Source: a virus
UHGV virus genome: UHGV-0382853
Length of the DNA stretch: 40,325 nucleotides
Strand: one strand, 5' to 3'
In this document: one piece after another, positions 37,495-40,325 of the stretch
Layout of the letters: each line of letters starts with the position of its first letter
Position numbering within the stretch: position 1 is the stretch's first letter
Notes under the pieces: generated by a model
Told to the model about the DNA's origin: nothing
What the model saw: only the letters and a program-made list of their open reading frames with translations
Databases searched by the model: none
Program-made: the position numbers and the translations under genes

Positions 37495-37585
37495 ATTTAC
37501 ATTGCACTCCTCTTGTGCCATAGTAATCGGGCACTGGCAAAATCCAGTGCCGGGATTGGTCTCCCGGATTACTAAGTGGCGCATA

Positions 37586-37607
37586 CCACGCCAGACGTGG
37601 TTTTTTT
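37586..37607 (+). terminator. rho-independent terminator inside the antirepressor leader
   Basis: ccacg-ccaga-cgtgg followed by ttttttt. Confidence 0.55.
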
Positions 37608-37765
37608 ATGCGTATAGCACAGTCATGCCAGAATTATGGTGGGCTGAATGGGGGTCCGAAAGGACGCCGGTACCACTTAGGCCGGTAAGACCAACTCCGT
37701 TCAGTTCACCACCATCTGATTGGTCTCAGCGGTGGTGATGTAATTCGCTAAGTGGAGACGCCATC

Positions 37766-38422
37766 ATGAACGCTCAACTCATCCCCGTATTCAACGGCAC
37801 TATATCTAACGAAACAGCCCTACTTTGTAATGCCCGCGATCTGCACACTTTTTTAGGTGTTAAAAAGGTGTTTGCAGCATGGATTACAAATCGCATATCA
37901 GAATACGAATTCATTGAAAATCAAGACTATATTTTGCTTTCCAATTTGGGAAAGCAAACATCTGGTAGAGGCGGCCACAACCGCAAAGAGTACCACCTCA
38001 CCCTTGATACAGCCAAAGAGCTGGCGATGGTCGAGCGTAACGAAAAAGGTCGCCAGGTGCGACGCTACTTCATTGAATGCGAGAAACGTTTAAGACAACA
38101 AGAAACAAAAGTGGAGAAGGTCTTGTCAGGCTTCATGCCCGCCATTATGGAGGCGATCAAGCTGGAAGACAAAAAAGAATACAGCGCCCCACTGAAGCCC
38201 GGCTACCGCAGCCTGATTCATTCTCCGTCTGGTGTTCTCGGACTGACGGAGAACTCACTGCTGATGAATCTGCTGAACCAGTTACAGGAAGACGGGCACG
38301 ACGTATCGGGCGCGGCGGCGGAGCTGACCACCATGTTCTGCTACATCGTCGGTGTGAGCAAATGCCTGCGTGATATCCAGACGCACGCGGAGTACATCAA
38401 CGACAAGGCAGGGTTCTTCTGA
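37766..38422 (+). CDS. antirepressor (AntA/AntB N-terminal domain)
   Basis: 218 aa; N-terminal IPVFNGT...LCNARDLHTFLGVKKVFAAWITNRISEYEFIENQDYIL typical of AntA domain; C-terminal domain paralogous to the 36358 product. Confidence 0.7.
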   Translation: MNAQLIPVFNGTISNETALLCNARDLHTFLGVKKVFAAWITNRISEYEFIENQDYILLSNLGKQTSGRGGHNRKEYHLTLDTAKELAMVERNEKGRQVRRYFIECEKRLRQQETKVEKVLSGFMPAIMEAIKLEDKKEYSAPLKPGYRSLIHSPSGVLGLTENSLLMNLLNQLQEDGHDVSGAAAELTTMFCYIVGVSKCLRDIQTHAEYINDKAGFF

Positions 38423-38431
38423 CAGAACGGC

Positions 38432-38453
38432 GGCACAGGGATGTGCCTTTAAA
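38432..38453 (+). terminator. possible terminator after antirepressor
   Basis: ggcaca-ggga-tgtgcc followed by tttaaata. Confidence 0.4.
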
Positions 38454-38495
38454 TAATTCTGTACAGATTGCAGACCGGGGGTGAATAGCGTACTA

Positions 38496-38510
38496 TTACC
38501 TTAAAGGTAA
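38496..38510. promoter_or_regulatory. operator-like palindrome
   Basis: ttaccttaaaggtaa, about 26 bp upstream of the ATG at 38537. Confidence 0.5.
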
Positions 38511-38536
38511 ACCATGTGTTTACATGAGGAGGAGAT

Positions 38537-38746
38537 ATGGGATTTTGGTTCGCTCGTACAAAAACGAGGGATAATGCACCCAGCCCTCAGGCAAAAAATG
38601 CAGAAGTTCCGGCGTCAGCGCAGGTTAACAAGCGTGGTGGTGTGTATATCTCATCACAGCAAATTTCTGAGCTTCCTGAGGTTAAGGAGATGCGTCGTCT
38701 CGCTGCTGCAATCGTTAAACAGGATCTTGCCACTGTAAGGAAATAG
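38537..38746 (+). CDS. small hydrophilic protein
   Basis: 69 aa; strong SD GAGGAGG 5 nt upstream; stop overlaps the next gene's GTG start. Confidence 0.45.
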   Translation: MGFWFARTKTRDNAPSPQAKNAEVPASAQVNKRGGVYISSQQISELPEVKEMRRLAAAIVKQDLATVRK

Positions 38747-39612
38747 TGTTGTTAGCTCTTCTAATTATCCCCATTCTGGTTAGTGGTTATATTATGATAA
38801 CCGCTAACCAGTATCATTATTTCCGTTTATACCGACATGAAGGCCAGCTTCTTTATATGAAAGTAGCTGCATTAGGTACATATTGCCTTGTTGCTTCGGT
38901 AATAATTGCCGCATTTATAAAATATAAATATCCTGATTTTCACCTAGTTCACGATATGGTGGAAACTTTTAATGTAACGTCAAAACCAGAAACAGATAGA
39001 ATTTACATGTGGCTGCTTCTTCTCTCAGCCACATCCATTTGCTTCTCTTTGTGTTATGTGTCTGTTGTGTGGGTGAAAGATTTTCTTCTTGGTTGTTTTT
39101 ATAAACGTGATATTTACGAGCAAAAAACAGAGGCAATGAAGGCCAGAGTACTGCGAAAAACTTACTCGCAAGGTTCTTTAGACTTACTATTGCTTGATGC
39201 TATTGAATCGGATCCTAAACGACCAATGCTGATTACTTTATCATCAAACAAAGTGTATGTTGGAATAATAAATGGTTCTGGTGAACCAACGGAAAATCAG
39301 GGTCCGCATCAGCACATATCTTTTGTTCCTTTAATGTCAGGATACAGGAACAAAGACAACTTATCTGTCACATTCACTAATGCTTATCCAGGAGAAATAC
39401 AGGTCAAGCGGACTGCAGCAATAAGAGGAATTAGCAGAAAGAAAGTGCCAGGACTTGAGATCATGGTGTCTATTGACGAAATAAGTTATATATCATGGTT
39501 TGATTTTGAAGTATATAAAGCAACAAATAACAAAGTAGAATCCAGGGGGCACGTTATTCGTGTTACCAAAAATGGAAGAAATATATATCAAAGAAATAGC
39601 AAAAAAGAATAG
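38746..39612 (+). CDS. membrane protein (3 N-terminal TM helices plus about 170-aa soluble domain), AT-rich
   Basis: 288 aa; GTG start coupled to the upstream stop; AT-rich codon usage unlike neighbouring genes; followed by a strong terminator. Confidence 0.5.
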   Translation: MLLALLIIPILVSGYIMITANQYHYFRLYRHEGQLLYMKVAALGTYCLVASVIIAAFIKYKYPDFHLVHDMVETFNVTSKPETDRIYMWLLLLSATSICFSLCYVSVVWVKDFLLGCFYKRDIYEQKTEAMKARVLRKTYSQGSLDLLLLDAIESDPKRPMLITLSSNKVYVGIINGSGEPTENQGPHQHISFVPLMSGYRNKDNLSVTFTNAYPGEIQVKRTAAIRGISRKKVPGLEIMVSIDEISYISWFDFEVYKATNNKVESRGHVIRVTKNGRNIYQRNSKKE

Positions 39613-39633
39613 CCCGCGCTGCGGGCTTTTTTG
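39611..39633 (+). terminator. rho-independent terminator
   Basis: agcccgc-gct-gcgggct followed by ttttttg. Confidence 0.7.
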
Positions 39634-39704
39634 TGGACGAAACAAAAGCCAGTGCTACACTCATTGACGCCACATTGAGGTGGCTTATAGATGGAAATTT
39701 CACA

Positions 39705-39866
39705 ATGAAAAAAGCATTTGCTGCACTGTTCGTTTTGTTGTCTCTGGTAGCTTCAACTCAGGCCTTTGCCGGTCGTTGTCAGCACGACAGCGATACTGCC
39801 GCTGACGGCTCCCGCTGCGGTGGGCGTTCTGCGGATTCCCGCCCGGGTGGCGGTGGCATTCGTTAA
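39705..39866 (+). CDS. small secreted protein
   Basis: 53 aa from the internal ATG (MKKAFAALFVLLSLVASTQAFA signal peptide); weak SD; the track start 39633 adds an unlikely N-terminus. Confidence 0.35.
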   Translation: MKKAFAALFVLLSLVASTQAFAGRCQHDSDTAADGSRCGGRSADSRPGGGGIR

Positions 39867-39871
39867 AAACA

Positions 39872-39889
39872 AGGCCGCGAAAGCGGCCT
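39872..39889. terminator. hairpin between convergent genes
   Basis: aggccgc-gaaa-gcggcct, near-identical stem to the hairpin at 36623. Confidence 0.4.
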
Positions 39890-39897
39890 GTGACATG

Positions 39898-40194
39898 TCA
39901 CGTCCCTTTTCTGAATGATAGCCATTCGAAAAATGATGACATTCCACCGCAGACAATAGCAAAGATGATCCCACCAAAGAAGAGAAGGCCAGCCTGCCAC
40001 CACTCCCACCGCCATACATCCACAGCGCCAACCATACCAACAATCGCTCCAACAAATGGAATATAGCTCACGATGAAAGCAATGGGGGCTGCAATTATCC
40101 AGTGCAATCCCCACCATGATTCAAGCCCAGCCATAATTGCTGCCAACTGAAAAAGACCAACGACGATATAAACAATGAATCCTATAGCTTGCAT
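39898..40194 (-). CDS. small membrane protein
   Basis: 98 aa, 3 predicted TM helices, Trp-rich; AGGTGA SD. Confidence 0.45.
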   Translation of the reverse strand: MQAIGFIVYIVVGLFQLAAIMAGLESWWGLHWIIAAPIAFIVSYIPFVGAIVGMVGAVDVWRWEWWQAGLLFFGGIIFAIVCGGMSSFFEWLSFRKGT

Positions 40195-40207
40195 GTAGTC
40201 ACCTATT

Positions 40208-40325
40208 TACCCAGTAAAAATAAGAGGCCTCCCCTCAATAAGGCTTGCAACAAGAACTACTCCCTGCACAACAAAGATGAACCAGCAAATAGCTTGAGTC
40301 TGAGGGTTAAGAAAATATTTGTAGC
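40208..40325 (-). CDS. partial ORF (3' end only), hydrophobic
   Basis: Open minus-strand frame running off the right edge of the window and ending at stop 40208-40210. Confidence 0.2.

Noticed and set aside
37530-37551. Palindrome ggcactgg-caaaat-ccagtgcc as a second LexA box
   Set aside because: It lacks the CTGT-N8-ACAG spacing and sequence; more likely an RNA hairpin or another binding site.
37406-37738. 110-aa ORF across the antirepressor leader
   Set aside because: It spans operator sites, a terminator and repeated elements, has no SD, and its composition looks non-coding.
38514-38738. Alternative-frame 74-aa ORF overlapping 38537..38746
   Set aside because: No SD, whereas the 38537 frame has GAGGAGG and is coupled to the downstream gene.
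1-40325. CRISPR arrays, rRNA genes, IS elements or transposases
   Set aside because: No short regularly spaced repeats, no rRNA-like sequence and no transposase-like ORF with terminal inverted repeats were seen.

Overview
The window reads as an essentially complete ~40 kb temperate podovirus-type phage genome (or the interior of a prophage); no host genes or att junctions are recognisable. All calls rest on reading the sequence and the ORF track by eye, with no database search; hand-derived motif coordinates may be off by 1-2 bp. Left half (minus strand, 19.3 kb to 0.1 kb): small and large terminase, portal, scaffold, major capsid, then T7-like tail tubular A/B and four internal-virion (ejectosome) proteins. 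A plus-strand insert between terminase and portal carries tRNA-Arg(TCT) and a Gp49-like gene. Middle: nin-like small genes, lambda O-like and P-like replication genes with an iteron origin inside O, a Cro-like/repressor immunity region, and a rightward early operon (PD-(D/E)XK exonuclease, Red-beta-like annealing protein, AlpA-like excisionase, MT-A70 methyltransferase) ending at a convergent P4-type integrase. Right: Rz/Rz1, GH19 endolysin, holins, a mosaic tailspike, two antirepressor paralogs and an AT-rich membrane-protein cassette. Most notable: a 15-bp palindrome TTACC-N5-GGTAA at about 14 intergenic sites at the heads of transcription units; a consensus LexA box in front of a truncated antirepressor paralog, paired with a repressor that shows no protease domain; a structured leader in front of the full-length antirepressor; and several uncharacterised candidate accessory genes.
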